Made by a program: the position numbers and the translations under genes. Positions 39,601 through 52,875 of a stretch of 64,000 nucleotides of DNA are shown one piece after another. Numbering within the stretch: position 1 is the stretch's first letter; the number at the start of each line of letters is the position of its first letter. A model generated the notes under the pieces. That model saw only the letters and a program-made list of their open reading frames with translations. It was not told where the DNA came from and did not search any database. The DNA is taken from assembly GCA_013239625.1 (NCBI GenBank), contig MU055744.1, forward strand, positions 712,355-776,354, given 5' to 3'. The stretch comes from Lama guanicoe. Taxonomy: Eukaryota.

Positions 39601-42076
39601 CTTCACTTGCTGGGATGGGGGGGCGAGGCCTCTGAAGGCTCCCAGCCCAAGGAACCCCGATTTCCCAGCCAAGACACGGCCCAGACTGCAGGCAACCCAC
39701 ACAGAGCCGGAGCCCCGCGAGCTGGGGGGGCCGGCGTGGTAGGCACTAGGGGGCAGCTGGCGCCTGGCCTGGGCTGGGGAAGGGGGCAGGTCCCCACAAA
39801 GGCTCCCAAGCCCTCAGCCTCGGGCGCCGAGCCCTGACTTATGGCCCAGACCCCCTCGGCCTGCAGGGCTGGGGCACCTGCGTCCTCAGAGAGGCTGGAA
39901 GACGCTGGGGCCCCTCTCCTTACGGAGAGAAGTCACCGGGTCGAGACTCCGTTTGCACTGAGACGTTTAAAACAGTTATGCTTAACTCAGGCCACTGGGA
40001 CCCCGGCCTCGCTGTGGTCCCCTGGGCCCACGGCCCCTTTCCCTGCAGCTGCCCAGTGGACACGGCATCTAAAACGCAGCCGGACACCACCCGTCCCCGG
40101 GAGGTGGGCCTCCAGGCAAAAAGCACGACAGGGGGTTCTCACTCCGAGGCTCCCACGAGAGAAAGGACGGAGGGGCCGCCACGCTCCATCAGGCCCGAGG
40201 GCCACAGAGCCGCACCACGCTGACGACGTGCGGGATGTCCGGTCACGGGCCCCTGACCCAGCACTGGGCCTGCAGGAAGGACCCCACGGAAGCTCCCTAA
40301 AATCACCCGGAATCAAGCCCTAGTTTTATTTGGCATTAATGAGGCGAGCGCGAGGTACAGACCCCGTGTGCTCCGTAAGTTAGTTACGGCCGGAAGGCCC
40401 TGCGACGCCTTTTAAACTCATTGAGTGTCTAATCCAGCTCCTGGCGTGAGCGCTGAGGGAGAAGCGAGGTCTGGCTGCTTCAGGGGTTCAGGCTAGATCT
40501 CCGGTAACTGGCCTGTATTCTGAGACCCTCTGGTGTTCTCTCATCGTGAGATAACACAAGGGGGCAGGTTCAAGGACTCCGACGCCAGTGAAGTGGCCGT
40601 GACCCTGAACCGGGTGGCAGGGGTCAGATGAAACTGTCAGCAAACCGACTCCAGCGGACCCCGGGGTGGGACACCGTACCCGCAGACGGCCTCAGAGGGT
40701 GGCCACACCACGCACACACCATGCAGCGGTGTCCGTGCCAGAGGACACCGCCACTGAGGCCCTGGGCCGTCGCTCCCAGGAGCCTTCCCTGCACCCGGCC
40801 CTCAGTCCCTCCAGGACAGGAATTCTAAACCGGGGACGCGGGGCAGGACAGCAGGCAACTTCTGGGTGACTCTGAAAGACACGTTTGCTCCAGGAAGGCC
40901 AAGAAACGCTCCTCTGGACGCTGGGGAAATGAAGTCCCTGCGGTTCTTTGTGCCAAGTGGACCCAGGAGCCCGGGCAGTGACCCCCGCCCGCGGTGATGA
41001 GGCAGGTGGTCTGGTGGGGGAACATCGGGCCCTCAGGGGTGGGGGCTCTTTAAGAGGGGGAGCCGGGGCTCGGCACCTCTGAGGGGCGGCACCCACCCCT
41101 CATGACATTCCTGCAAACAGCAGACTCAGCCTCTCTTCCCAAACTCTCGAAAGTCCCCAGGGACTTACAGGGAGGCTGAGAAAGTCGCTGGGGTGAAGCA
41201 CGAGTTATGAGTGAAGGGGCGAGGGGAAGAGAAGGTGCAGCCCCTGAGGGGCGTGTCCTCGGGGCCAGTGGGGGCTTGAGAAGACAGAGACACCAGCACT
41301 TGTCAAAGGACTGCCCGGTTCTGGTTCAGTGTCGGGGGCACACCCGGTCACCAGAAAGGCGGCGCGCAGCCTTCCGGTAATCACAGGACGAGGTGAGCTC
41401 GCCTGCCCGAGGTCCCCGGCCCCCTCCTGATCTGGACCAGAAAGGGGAGCTCGTGCGAGGCGGGGGAGAAGTCACAAACCACGGGCCCACCGACGCAGCG
41501 CAGGGCAGCCCGGGGGTGGGGGGGTCGCACACGGCCCCTCGGCCGGAGACGGGGCTGGCTCGGGTGCTGTCTCCTAGCTGCTAACGCCGCTTCCCGCTCT
41601 GGGAACTTAATTAAAGGCAGAGATCTGACACTTGGCAATTGAGTCTCATTAAGAGCCTGCGCTCTCTCGCCGGGAGCCCTGAGGTTCGATCCGTGTGTCT
41701 CTTAATGTCCTTGCCCCCAATTAGCGTCTGTCGGGAAGCGCTTCCTTCCCCGTGACCAGGGCTTTCTCTTCACCTCGTCACCCGAGACCCATGCATCGCC
41801 TTTCTGCACCTGGAGTCCCGGCAGCCCGTCTCCAGCCGGAGACACACCTGCCCGAGAAGCAGCGGGAACAGACGAGGCCCCACTCCCACTTTGCTGGTGG
41901 GGGTGGTGGCCGCTGGGGCTGTGCGTCCACTGCACGGGGATCAAACCGGGCTCATCTGAAGGGCCTCCCGGAAACCCAAGCATGTTTCTCCCACCACACA
42001 GGCCCCGCTCTGCTCCCTGGCTGCGGACGGGAAGGGGGAGTGGCACCCCCGCCGGGCACACACGCACGCCTCTTAC

Positions 42077-42244
42077 CAGGGTACAGCTGCTTGGTGGGCG
42101 CGCTGAGCTGGGCGTCCTTTGTGACTCTGTAAGCCACGTCCGGGCCTTTGGAAGATCGCCGCGTTGCACAAAAGCCTGTGGTCTTGGTTATGCCGTCAGG
42201 CAGGTTGTGAAAATCTAGAACCTTCAGGAGATCTGCTGGCTGAG
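42077..42244 (-). CDS. COL5A1: COL5A1 exon 2 (168 bp), start of TSPN/PARP (LamG-like) N-propeptide domain
   Basis: Encodes (A)[55 protein letters not shown]. Acceptor ctctgtcatttcAG, donor GTAAGA. Confidence 0.98.
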
Positions 42245-44987
42245 CTGAAATGACAGAGGGGAGGTGGGGGGTCAGCCACGAGCAGGAGAGGCGCAGCCGA
42301 GGGCTAAGGGAACTGGGAGACCCCTCCCCGCCCGCACCACGACAACCTCTGACCCTCAGCAGGCGCCGAGGGACCAGCCCAGAAGCCAGGGCTGCAGGGG
42401 GCAGGACGCCCCACTTTGCGGACATGCACATCGAGCTCCGCAGAGCTGGGTCCCGGCCCAGTCCCTGCGAGCAGCCGCCCGGGCACACCCGCCTCCGGCT
42501 CACACTTAGTCGGTCCTCTCCTCCCGTGGCCCCGGCTGGCACGCGCCGCGCAGCCCCTGGGCTCCTCAACAGCGCTTCTCGTCATTGTCACAGAAAACCC
42601 ACCTCAACCCAAGCCGCAAGGTGGTGCGAGGTCCCCCACGGATGGAAGAAGCAGCCCTGCCCAGGGTGGCCTTGAGGAGCAGAGTGACCGACAGCTCTGG
42701 GGGCCTGCTACGTATCGGCCGGAGCACCTGCCCCCACCGGGCACACTGTCTCATCCTCACCGATTAAATGTGATTCTCCCGTCACAGCTGACACGAAGAG
42801 CCAGCTTCCGCTTGCCCCCAGAAGACAGACAGCTACAGGGCAAGACGGGGCAGAACCAAGAGCGAGGGAGGGGCAGCCCCTGCGTCTCTTCTGGAAAGTT
42901 CCTGACCTCCATCCATGGCTCCCCAGAGAAGGGGAGCAGCCCCTGAGGACGGGGAGACATTCTGGGGAGCTCAACCGTTCCCCCTCCAAATGCCAAAGGT
43001 GGCCTTCACGGGACTGTGCACACCCCCTCATCGCGGAGACCCCAGGCCTCCAGCCCAGGACGACACAGGCTTGGGGGCCACACACCCACTGCCCTCAATC
43101 ACAGCCGGCCTCGTGTGCAGAGTCCTGCCATGTCACTGCCAACAGGACGACCTGGGAGTCCAGGCAGAGAAAGTCGGTCAAGCGTGGAGTCAGAGCGCCC
43201 TGTCACTCCATCGCAAAGCACATCCCCTGTCCAGTTTCCTGCAAGGCACCCTGTCACCCAGATTCCAGAGCTCTGAGGTGCCCCGCCTCCAGCCGTGTCA
43301 CTTCCACAGCCTGGCTTTGCTGCAGACCTCTGCCACTTTAATCAAGGGGCCAGAACATAGCGGGTGAGGGTTTCCCACCCCCGCAGAGGGAGGGGCGTGG
43401 GGGGACCCAAGACACTCCCAGTGCAGGCTGGCATCCGCCTCCTTGTGGCCTACTTTTCCCGAGAGGTTCCAAGCTGCTACCCAGAGCCCCGCCCCCACAC
43501 AGGGTGGTCAGCACCCCTCATCAGCGTCCTCCCCGAAGCGCTGGGCACTGGCGACCCCCCTACCGGCCCCCACAGGCCTGGCTGGTGCCTGTCCACTTGA
43601 CACCAGAAACAGATGCCGGCACAGCCCAGGGCCTGGACGCGGCCCGTGGGAAGGGGCGGCCGTGCCAGCTGCTGGCTCACCTGCCCTGGGGACGCAGCCG
43701 AGCTGTGGCTCATCTTTGGGCTTCGTCTCTGAAGCCAGCTGGGCCAGGGGAGGCACCAGAGCCGCCGGCTGGGCGCCTGGGGCTCACGCCCAGCCGCCGC
43801 GATGCTCTCGCCAGACGCAGGCCTGCTTTCCCCATCGCCGGCGGGAGGGCCGGTCTCCAGAAGCCTTCCGGGCCACGTTCATGGCGCTCTGTGGCAACGA
43901 GCTGAAAGGCCACTGACCTTCCCAGGCCCAGCGCCACCCCTCCCGCCGGCCAGGGGCTCCCTGCGCCGGAGCTAAAAACAGCAGTTTTGCTTTACAGAAG
44001 GTGTGGCGAGGGCCCGAGAGGCCTCTGGCGGCACAGCCTCCGTGGGCTCCTCCCGGGGCTGCCAGGCCTGCGCCCCCCACCGCCCTGCTTCGACGCAGGC
44101 TCAGGAGGAATCGGGGTCTCAGCTCCTCTGTCCCAGGAACTCCGCCGGGAGACCGCCCCGGCGGTGGGGCTGAAGCCTGCGTCCCCCCACTACAGAGGTC
44201 TCGAGGTCACGTCCTCTCTCGAGGCCTGGACCCAGCACAGTTGCCTGGACCCAGAGCCCGACACACGAGCCCCGCTCCCGGCTCCTCCCTGCGAGCGGAG
44301 AGCACCCCGGAACGTCGCGTGTCCGCCGAGTCAGGGAGAACAGACAAGGCACCGCCCGTGTGGCCTGCGCACCGACCAGCGGACCCTCGTGCCTGAGAGC
44401 CACGGCCGTGACCTGGCTGTGACCAGGGCTGCCCCAGTGGTGGGAGCAGAGCCCCCAGGAGTGCGGGCACCAGGCCACGGCTCACCCATGCTCTTGCAGG
44501 GCCTTCCTGCTCCGTGGAGCCCGGGGAGCCGAAAACCACGTTTCCCAGATCCCTCTGCGGGAAGGGCTCAGGCGGCAGGGCGCGCTCCACACGCAGAGTG
44601 GAGCCGGAGCGTGAGGGGCCTGCAGGGTCTGCGCCTGCGTGCCGGGGCCTGGGACCGGGCCGGGGGCCACTCCTGGTGACCCCACCCCTCCAGCGCGGCC
44701 AGCGGCGGTGGGCCCCAATTCCTGCACTCAGTCTCCTTCCCCTACGGCAGCCCCCTCCCTTTCTGCTTCTGCACCAAGCCTGCCTGGGACCGGGCAGATG
44801 ACCAGGTGTTATACCTCCAGGCCTGTAAAGGAATGGACTCAGGGGAGGTCAGTTCTAAGGCAGAAAGGAGGCACCTGAGAAAGGATTTGGAAACACAAAG
44901 TTGAGTTCCAGGTGCCATGTGCCAAGATGGCAGCATGAGGAGCCTGGACAGCAGAGGCACAAAGGCGGAGCTCAGATATAGGAGGGC

Positions 44988-45101
44988 AGGATGGATGGAT
45001 GGACAAACGGAGGGACAGATGGATGCACAGATGGCTGGATAGACGGATGGACGGATGGACGGATGGATGTTTGGATGGACAGACAGACAGATGGATAGAT
45101 G
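44988..45101. repeat. Degenerate (TGGA/CGGA)n microsatellite
   Basis: GGATGGATGGATGGACAAACGGA... array. Confidence 0.9.
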
Positions 45102-48100
45102 AGTAACACCTACATCAATGGTGAATATCAAGAAGCAGATGCACCAGAGACAAATTTTACAACTGACCAGCTAAGTAGTCAAACATTTCAGCTGCCAATG
45201 GCAACGCCCCCACCAACCCCACGAGGACGACCTCCCTGCCTCCTGCAAAAGGCGTTTCCACAACCAGCCCTGAAAGCCAGCTGTTCTGTGCTCCTCTGGA
45301 CACAGGATAACAATACTGGAGCGCCCCAGCAGCCGGGGTCCCGTCGGCCCTCACTTCACAGCGGCAGGACACGAGACGCCAAAGTAGCCATCCAGAATGA
45401 CCGCAGTGCGCCACGTGCCCAGGGCAGCCATGGACTTGACCACAGTGGGCCCCTGTGACCCCGTGTGTGGAACCAGAGATGGCAGGACTAAAACCGTGCC
45501 AGTGAGCCTGGGAAGCCAGCACACAGCCCTGCTGAGAAGGCTCCAGCTTGGGGACACGGCCGGGCAGCATCGCTGCGCCTGCCCAATGCCCCACTCCCCT
45601 CCCCGGAACCAGCAGAGATGTGGGGGCTGGCGCGGGCAGCCAGCGCCTAGGAGGGCAGATGGAATTAGGCAATTGCTTTCAGCAGGAATTTAAATTGGCG
45701 GTCAGCTGGCCTGGGAACACCGCTCCAGAGGTGCTCAGAGCAAAGAAGGGGCCCCCGGGGGTGGGGTGCCAGCGTCCCCAGGCTTGAGGGCCCATCTCTG
45801 ACTCAGCAGCCCCCGCTTGGCAGCTGGAGCCCCTCACGGAAGGAAGCACCTCTGCCGACAATGTCTGCTCTCAGGAGGGGATGGAGGAGGGGAAGCAGGG
45901 CGAGGGCCTGGGGTCACCACCCTGAGCTGCAATGGAATCAGGATGCTGCTGACCAAGGCCGCCAGGGCGCTCTCGCCAAGTGCTGACGTCAGCGCCTCAT
46001 CTCCCCAGCCCTTCCCAGCCCCCCGAGACCGGTGCGGGGCCTTCAGAACAGAAGTGACCCAGCCACAGACCTGCCTGAGCCCCGAGGTCCCCGCGGGGGC
46101 ACCAGGCAGCAGCAGGACGCGGGGCTGCGCCGCCAGTGCGGGCGGGGCTTGGTCGTCAGCGGTGCGGGAGCTGTGCACACGCCGGGCACTCAGCCACGTT
46201 TGCTGAGTGACTGAGTGAGGGAACCACAGCTCTCACACACGCCAGGTGGCAGGGGCAGGTGGGCAACGGCAACAGCACAACTCCTACCTCACCTTGGCGC
46301 CTGCCCTACGGTCACGGTACCACATCGGGCTTAAGCAGCTGTAGGCAGGGGACACACGGCCGTTCCACCTGCTGGGGAGGGACGGGGCCGAGGACCCGAG
46401 GGTCAGGGCCTGCACGAGGCGCTCTGGGCTGGCATCCACTCTCGCTCGAATTCCACTTCCGTTTTTGCCTTTCACCAAACCAGCTACAAACGTCCTTAAA
46501 TACTTGCTGTTGGTGAAGCCCGCCCGGCGGCCCAGGGCGGCCCTGCGCGGGCTGTGTCTCCTCACTGCCCCCACCCTAGGGGCCCCGGCAGGACTCTGAG
46601 CTTCACCAGCACCTGCTCACCACGTGCCTTTGGATCCCACTCGTGACGGAGTCCCATCAGAGGTGGCCTCTTCTTCCAGCCCCCGAGCCCCACCCATGGT
46701 CACCTGGACGGCCCCCCACCTGCCGTCGCTGGTCCAGAGGGCCCCGTGACACATGCACAGCACGCTCGGGTTCCAGGCAGCACCGCGGGGTGAAGCAAGG
46801 CAGGTGGCCGAGCCCCCAGCGCCCAGCAGGGACAACGCCGACCCCTGCGGGGGCCCCGCAGGCCTCCCGGCCCTGGGGCGTGGGATTCCGTCCCCCCAGG
46901 GCCGCCTCCCGGCGTTGCCACGCCGAGCCCTCCGACGCCCAGCCCAGGGCCGAGTCCCGCCAGGGTCTGGGGGCGCCTGGAGCAGAGGGAGCGGACGGGC
47001 GCTCCGGGGAGCCGGCAGTGGGGGGAGCGGAGGGAAGGTTTTGGCTCACGCCAGGGTCAACACCCTTGGTTCAAGAGAAACCGGAAGTGCCCTCCCAACA
47101 CCCACCAAGCCCAAAGCCTTCGGACGCCTCACGACTGCGTGAGTTGGAGCCAGGAGGGTCGCTAGTAACAGCTGGCTGGCAGCCTTTACTGGGAAAGCAG
47201 AGCCGCGGGGAGGAGGGGGTGACCACCCGGGATCACACGGCCCCGGTGCAGAGCCGCCCGCAGCTTCTGATCCACCCCAGTCCCGAGCTTCCTTCCCCTC
47301 AGCAAAAGCAGACGCAACACCGGGCCAGTGGTGGCCCTTAAACTGCAGCCCCCGACCCTCCCCACCCTGCTGTGTCAGCCTTCTCTAAGTGTAAACACAG
47401 CTAATTCCCTGGGTAAGAGGGGTCTGCCTTCCTGGGCTGCGAACCTCAGGAGGGCAGGGGCCCAGGCTGCAGTGTCCCTGCTGAACCCCCGGCAGGCACC
47501 CCGTGGACACCCGCAGTCACTGCCACCAAATGGCACATCTGCCCCGTGCTTGCAGGGCGCACGGCGCAGACCCCTGGAAGCACGCCTGCGCTTCCCACTG
47601 CCTCTCCTGGTTTCCACCTCGCGCTTCCAGGAGTGAAGAGAGGCAGGGCTCTCACGGGAGCAAGGGGCAGACGGCGAGGGGGGCGGGGAGCACGGAGGCT
47701 CCCCTGGCCCCGGCTGAGGCCTCCCACCCTGGCACCAGCCCTCCCCGCCAAGCACACGCACGAAGCCCGTGACCCCCCCCCCCCAGAGGGCAGCCCAGCA
47801 GGCTGCAAAACAAACAGGCCGCTTGGGAGGCTCCGACTGAAATTCCTCTCCAGTGACCCAGCCTCGGAACAAAGCGCTGGGGCCGGGGTGGAAAATGTGT
47901 GCCGCCCTCCTCCCACCCTGGACCCTCCCCGCTGCTGCTCACCCAGGGCTGTCACGGGGTGCAGGTGACCTCAGGGCAAGTCCTCAGGCTCACAGGCTTC
48001 TGTGCCTCCGAAAACCACTGCCCTGAACTCTCATCGGTGCCTCCCTCCCCGAGAGCTTCCGACCCCTCTGCCCAACACCCAGGCCGCCCTTCACCCCAGC

Positions 48101-48859
48101 TCTCCGACCCCAGTCCTGCCCAGGGGTTCCGGCTCTCCCCGGACACCCCCTCACCAATGCCCCGCGTTACAGGGTCCCCGAGAACAGCGCCCCGGGGGGG
48201 GGGTGCCAGGCAGCGCGCCCGCCCTGCGCTGGGGCTGGAAGGCTGGATGCAGGGACGAGCCTGAGGCGCCTGCTCGGGAGGAGCCCCCGGCCTCTGCCCG
48301 AACCCCGCCTGCCTCTGCACCACCCTGACCTCCTGTCAGTCTCAATGCTTCCTGGGGACAAGGAATGGCCACAGTGAGCCCAGGTCGGGCCTGCGGTGCT
48401 CGGTGACACTGCTGTCACTCGCCTCTGGCCCATTTTCCCGTTTCTGAAGAAGGGCTGAGGACCCAGCAATGCAGCTTCCGCAGAGATTTTTACCAAAGGA
48501 GGCGGCACTGTCTCACGTAAGCCTCCGTCTCCCAGACCAGCTGCCCACCCAACCCCTGCACCCCAGGGGCAATGCAGAGCTCCAGGGTTCAGGCGTAGCG
48601 GACGTGGCTGATTCCAAACCCCCTCGGGAGCCCTGTGGCCCTGGGCAAAGTGGGCTCCATACGGAACCGTCACTGTCTATGAAAAGGAAGGGACACCCTG
48701 CAAGGAGGCAGCCCCGGGACGGGACGGGGGCTGCACAAGTCTGGGGCACGGCTGGCGGGTGGCAATGGCAGCTCACCTGCACCGAGCCTCGGGGAGGGCG
48801 CCCACTGCACCCACACACCCTGGGCTCTCTGCCCGACTACCCCCCCACACACTCACCCA

Positions 48860-48950
48860 GACACCTCGCAAAGCAGACTTCTTCCTCTGTCGATGAGGAA
48901 TCTCAGGCTGAGAGATTTTAGATGAGTCGCCCAAGGCCCTACTGAGGTAC
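48860..48950 (-). mobile_element. MIR SINE remnant (approximate)
   Basis: GATGAGGAATCTCAGGCTGAGAGATTTTAGATGAGTCGCCCAAGGCC. Confidence 0.55.
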
Positions 48951-49374
48951 AAACAGCTGTCTGGCCTCAGCGCCCCCCCTCCTCCCCGACACGAGGAGGA
49001 GAAGGCAGGAAGCTCCCCGAGATCCCACCAGGCACCCGGCTGCAGAGCTCACCCTCCTTCCAGGGAGTGACGAGGAGAGTGCACGGAGGCAGAGGGAGGT
49101 CACCGCAGGGCAGAGGGGAACTGCTCCGTCTGGAGGTTCAGGACCTCAGGAAGGCCTGGGGGGAGGAGATCCTCAGCCTCTGAGCCAAGAGACTAGAGAG
49201 ACTCTCAAAGCGCTGGGTGAGTGGGAGAGTGACAGAGCAGAGGATGCCGCACCTCTCTTACTTCCCACACAGACTGATCTGAACGTCAACCGAGAAAGCG
49301 TCCTGGAGACACAGTCTTCTCGTTTTCACTATGTCTCTTCAAAGTACCACATGAGATGCTCAGCAAACCCTCAC

Positions 49375-49721
49375 TGAAGGATGGACACATGGGCACAGGG
49401 ATGAAGAGAATGGAAGAACAGAGAGATGGATGGAAGGATGGACGGACAAATGAATAGATGGATGGATGGATGCATGGAGAAAGATGGATGGATGGATGGA
49501 GAAGAATGGATGGATGGATGGAGAAGGATGGGTGGATGGAGAAGGATGGATGGGTGGGAGGATGGATAGACAGACAGATGAATGGATGGATGGAAAGGTG
49601 GATGGATGATTGAACAGATAGAAGAAAGGATAGAAGGATAGAGATGATTAATGGGAGGGTGAACGAAAGGAAGGATGGATGAAGAATGATTCCATGGATG
49701 GTTGGATGCATGAATGGAAGA
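49375..49721. repeat. Degenerate (TGGA)n / purine-rich microsatellite running into a gap
   Basis: Long GGATGGATGGA/GAAGGATGG array. Confidence 0.92.
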
Positions 49722-49882
49722 NNNNNNNNNNNNNNNNNNNNNNNNNNNNNNNNNNNNNNNNNNNNNNNNNNNNNNNNNNNNNNNNNNNNNNNNNNNNNNN
49801 NNNNNNNNNNNNNNNNNNNNNNNNNNNNNNNNNNNNNNNNNNNNNNNNNNNNNNNNNNNNNNNNNNNNNNNNNNNNNNNNNN
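49722..49882. other. Assembly gap (161 N) in intron 1
   Basis: N run. Confidence 0.99.
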
Positions 49883-52469
49883 GGAATGCTATATCTTGAA
49901 GATTTAGTTGATGAACTTTAATTTCCCAAAGATTTTAGATGCCTACTCTTCTCCCGACCACTCCCCTGCCCTGGGTGGCCCTCCTCTCCCTTCTGGGCCA
50001 GAGGTGAAGGCCGGTACAATGCCTGTGTCTTATTCCACAGCAGAAGCAAAGTGCATTCTGGCCCCACGCCTCAGCGAAGGGCCTGCCTGGGGGTCACCTG
50101 TGGTGTGTGCTCGATGGCCCAGATGTGCTCAGTGTTCCAGGCCCTCCAGGGAGTGAGGCAGTGCAGAAGGGACCCCAGGCCCTGCCGCCCAGCCCCCACC
50201 ACCGCAGGGGGCTGGGAAAAGGTGCCAGATCTGGGAACTGAAACCACTGTTGACCATCCCTCTTCATCCTCTCCCAGCCTGACAACTCTCCTTTCCTGGC
50301 CCAAAAGTTAAGAGCTCCGAGCAGCTTTTGATGGATGCTGGTGGGAAATTTTATGGTGAAATTTCAGCGGGTGGGGGCGCCACCTGCTTATAAACACAAT
50401 GTCACCAAGGAGGGGCCTCCAGGAGGCAATTCCCTCATCCATGCGTTCAGACATGGGACTTGGTCTGAAACTTGCTCCCCGGGCTGTGACCATTCGTCTT
50501 CCCCTTCTCGTCGAGGCTGACCCTAGTGTCCGGACACCCGGCACCCCCACATCAGCTCACTGTGAGCCCAGATGCCGGCCGTGTCTCTGCTGGGTTCCAA
50601 CCACCCAGCCAGAGGCACCTACGATCCAGCCTGGCCACCCCTCCAAACACACGCCGGTACTTGGAAGTAAGTCACGCTGCCCACGGGGCTCGCACGGGGG
50701 ACAGGTGACTGCAGAGCACCTGGGAAGGAGCCACGCAGCAGGGGATGGGAGGGGCTGACAGAGCCCCACTGGGTGGTCTGGGGCCACGTGAGGAGCCTCG
50801 TGGTCCGGGCCCGGGTGCTCCAGCACCCGGCAGGGCAACACCGGGATGTCCCGGCGGGTGGAGCTGGGCCACGGAGAGGAGGCTCGTTCCCGCAGCCAGC
50901 AGGAAGACAGGCGACACTAAGGCTCTACTCTGAGAACTGGGAGGAAATGTCACAGCCGAGGAACAAGAGGAACCTTCCACCTGACCCCTGAGAAGTAAGG
51001 ATGTGTCCGGCTTCTCCCTGCATCCACGCGGCACCTCCTTCCTCTTGCCATTCCTGCTTCCCTCTGTTTTTACGAAAACACACGAACATGTATGTCCCTC
51101 TCCCCTGCCATCCGTCAAGGAGCAGAACAGATGTGGCCGTGGTCATCAGTCCCGCATCCAGCTGCCGAAGACGGCGCAGGGCAGAGCGGGCGGGCGCTAG
51201 CAGGGGCCGGCCCCAGAGCCGAGCCCGCTGGCGTGACGGGGAACCAGGTGATTCGGGCAGCTCCCTTGAGATAACGGATCACCTCGTTCTGGAGAAGAGA
51301 GTGGGGACGGCACCAGGCACCAGACTCCGCGCGCTGGGGTTGCCGGCTTGGGCGGGGAGGCTCCGCACGGCCCCACCTGCTCCCAGGAGGCCCGGGGGTA
51401 GGGGTGGCGCCGTGAGGCCAGCTGGGGTCACACTGGCAGAGGGCCCTCTGCATCCAGGGCCTCGCCCAGGCCCGGCACCCAGGGAGCTGAGCTAGGGAGC
51501 GAGGCGGGCCAATCACAAAACAGCCCCAGCTGCCATCAGACCCCCAGGCGGCACCTGGAAAGGGGCCGGCAGCACCAGCCACTGAGCCGGCCGGGCTGCC
51601 CGGGCTCCGTCCACCCAGCAAGGCTCTACAAGGCCTGCGGCACCCCGCGCGGCGCAGGCCACGCCGCTTCTGACTCACCGCCGTCCCTGCGAGGCCACGC
51701 GGGGCCCCGGCCGCACTGACCTGCGCGTTTGCTGCTGGGCGGCACCCCCTTCCCCCTGGAGGACCCTGGGCTCCCCGCAGGGGTTAGCGGGGTCCTCGGG
51801 ACCCAGGACTACAGGCGGTGACACATGCGATGGAGACACTGCCAGCACACCCCAAACCCGCAGTGGCTCCCCCACCCTGGGCCTCGGTTTCCTGCCATCA
51901 GCGGGGCAGAGTAACAGGCCCTGCCTCTCCTGGGAAGCCGGGAATGGCAGCGGGAGCCAGCGGCACTGAACCGCAGGTCTCGGCGCCTTCCCTCCCTCAA
52001 GAGCTACGATGACAAGTCAAAGTGGTGTCGCCAGGAGCCCCTTCACTTAACAAGGCTGGAGGCGAACACGAGGCCACCACACGCGGGGAGGGCCACGCCG
52101 CCTCTGGGTCACTCCAGCTGCCCCCGCAGCCTGGACTGGCAGGAGGCGCTTCTGCGGCCCTGCCGTCTCCCGGCGGTGAGCCCCTGAGAGGACGACAGTG
52201 TCCCCTTCGTCACAGCGGAGGAGAGCGCTGAGCCTGGAGCAGACGCTCCGTGCAGTGAGCAAAGACAGACCCCCCCCCCCAGCATGGAACCAAGCAGCGC
52301 GCAAAGGGGTGTGCGTCCTGGGCATTCAAGTTAAACGCCAGAGGGAGAGAAGCCTTGGGCGGGGGGCAGTTCTGCAGCATCTCAGCTAGGACGGCATTAA
52401 CCTGGCAACCCCCTCCCCCCGGGGCTAAATCCCGCAGAGAGGCTGGAATTGGTGCGGGGACGCCCAAGG

Positions 52470-52850
52470 CAGTGCCGCCTGTAACAGCAAAGAACTGGAA
52501 ACCGGGTAAGTGCCCATCAGTCAGGAGCGGGCTCAAGGAACAAGGCTCGTCTGCGACACACTCTGCAGGGGCTGCAGGAGGGGGCTGGTCTAGGTGGCCT
52601 GACACTGAAAGGCAGCCGAGACGTGGCATAGGGAAAAGACCGAGTCACAGAGCAGTCACACAGCACCGTCCCGTGTGCGCCAAAATAAACCGGAGATGGC
52701 TGTGCCACCTGAGAGCATGCCAGGTAAATGCGCCCAGCGCGAGACCAGCCCCCCAGCGGGGGCCCCCTCGGGCAAGGGGCTGGTGGCAGAGGGACGAGGG
52801 GGGTCTACTCACTCTGTCCACCTCCACTTCTGAAAAATGCTGTAAGGATA
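52470..52850 (+). mobile_element. Highly diverged L1M 3' end fragment (approximate)
   Basis: GTAACAGCAAAGAACTGGAAACCGGGTAAGTGCCCATCAGTCAGGAG resembles L1M ATAATAGCAAAAAACTGGAAACAACCTAAATGTCCATCAATAGGAG. Confidence 0.6.
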
Positions 52851-52875
52851 CACCCACATAGAACTTGCAAAATGT

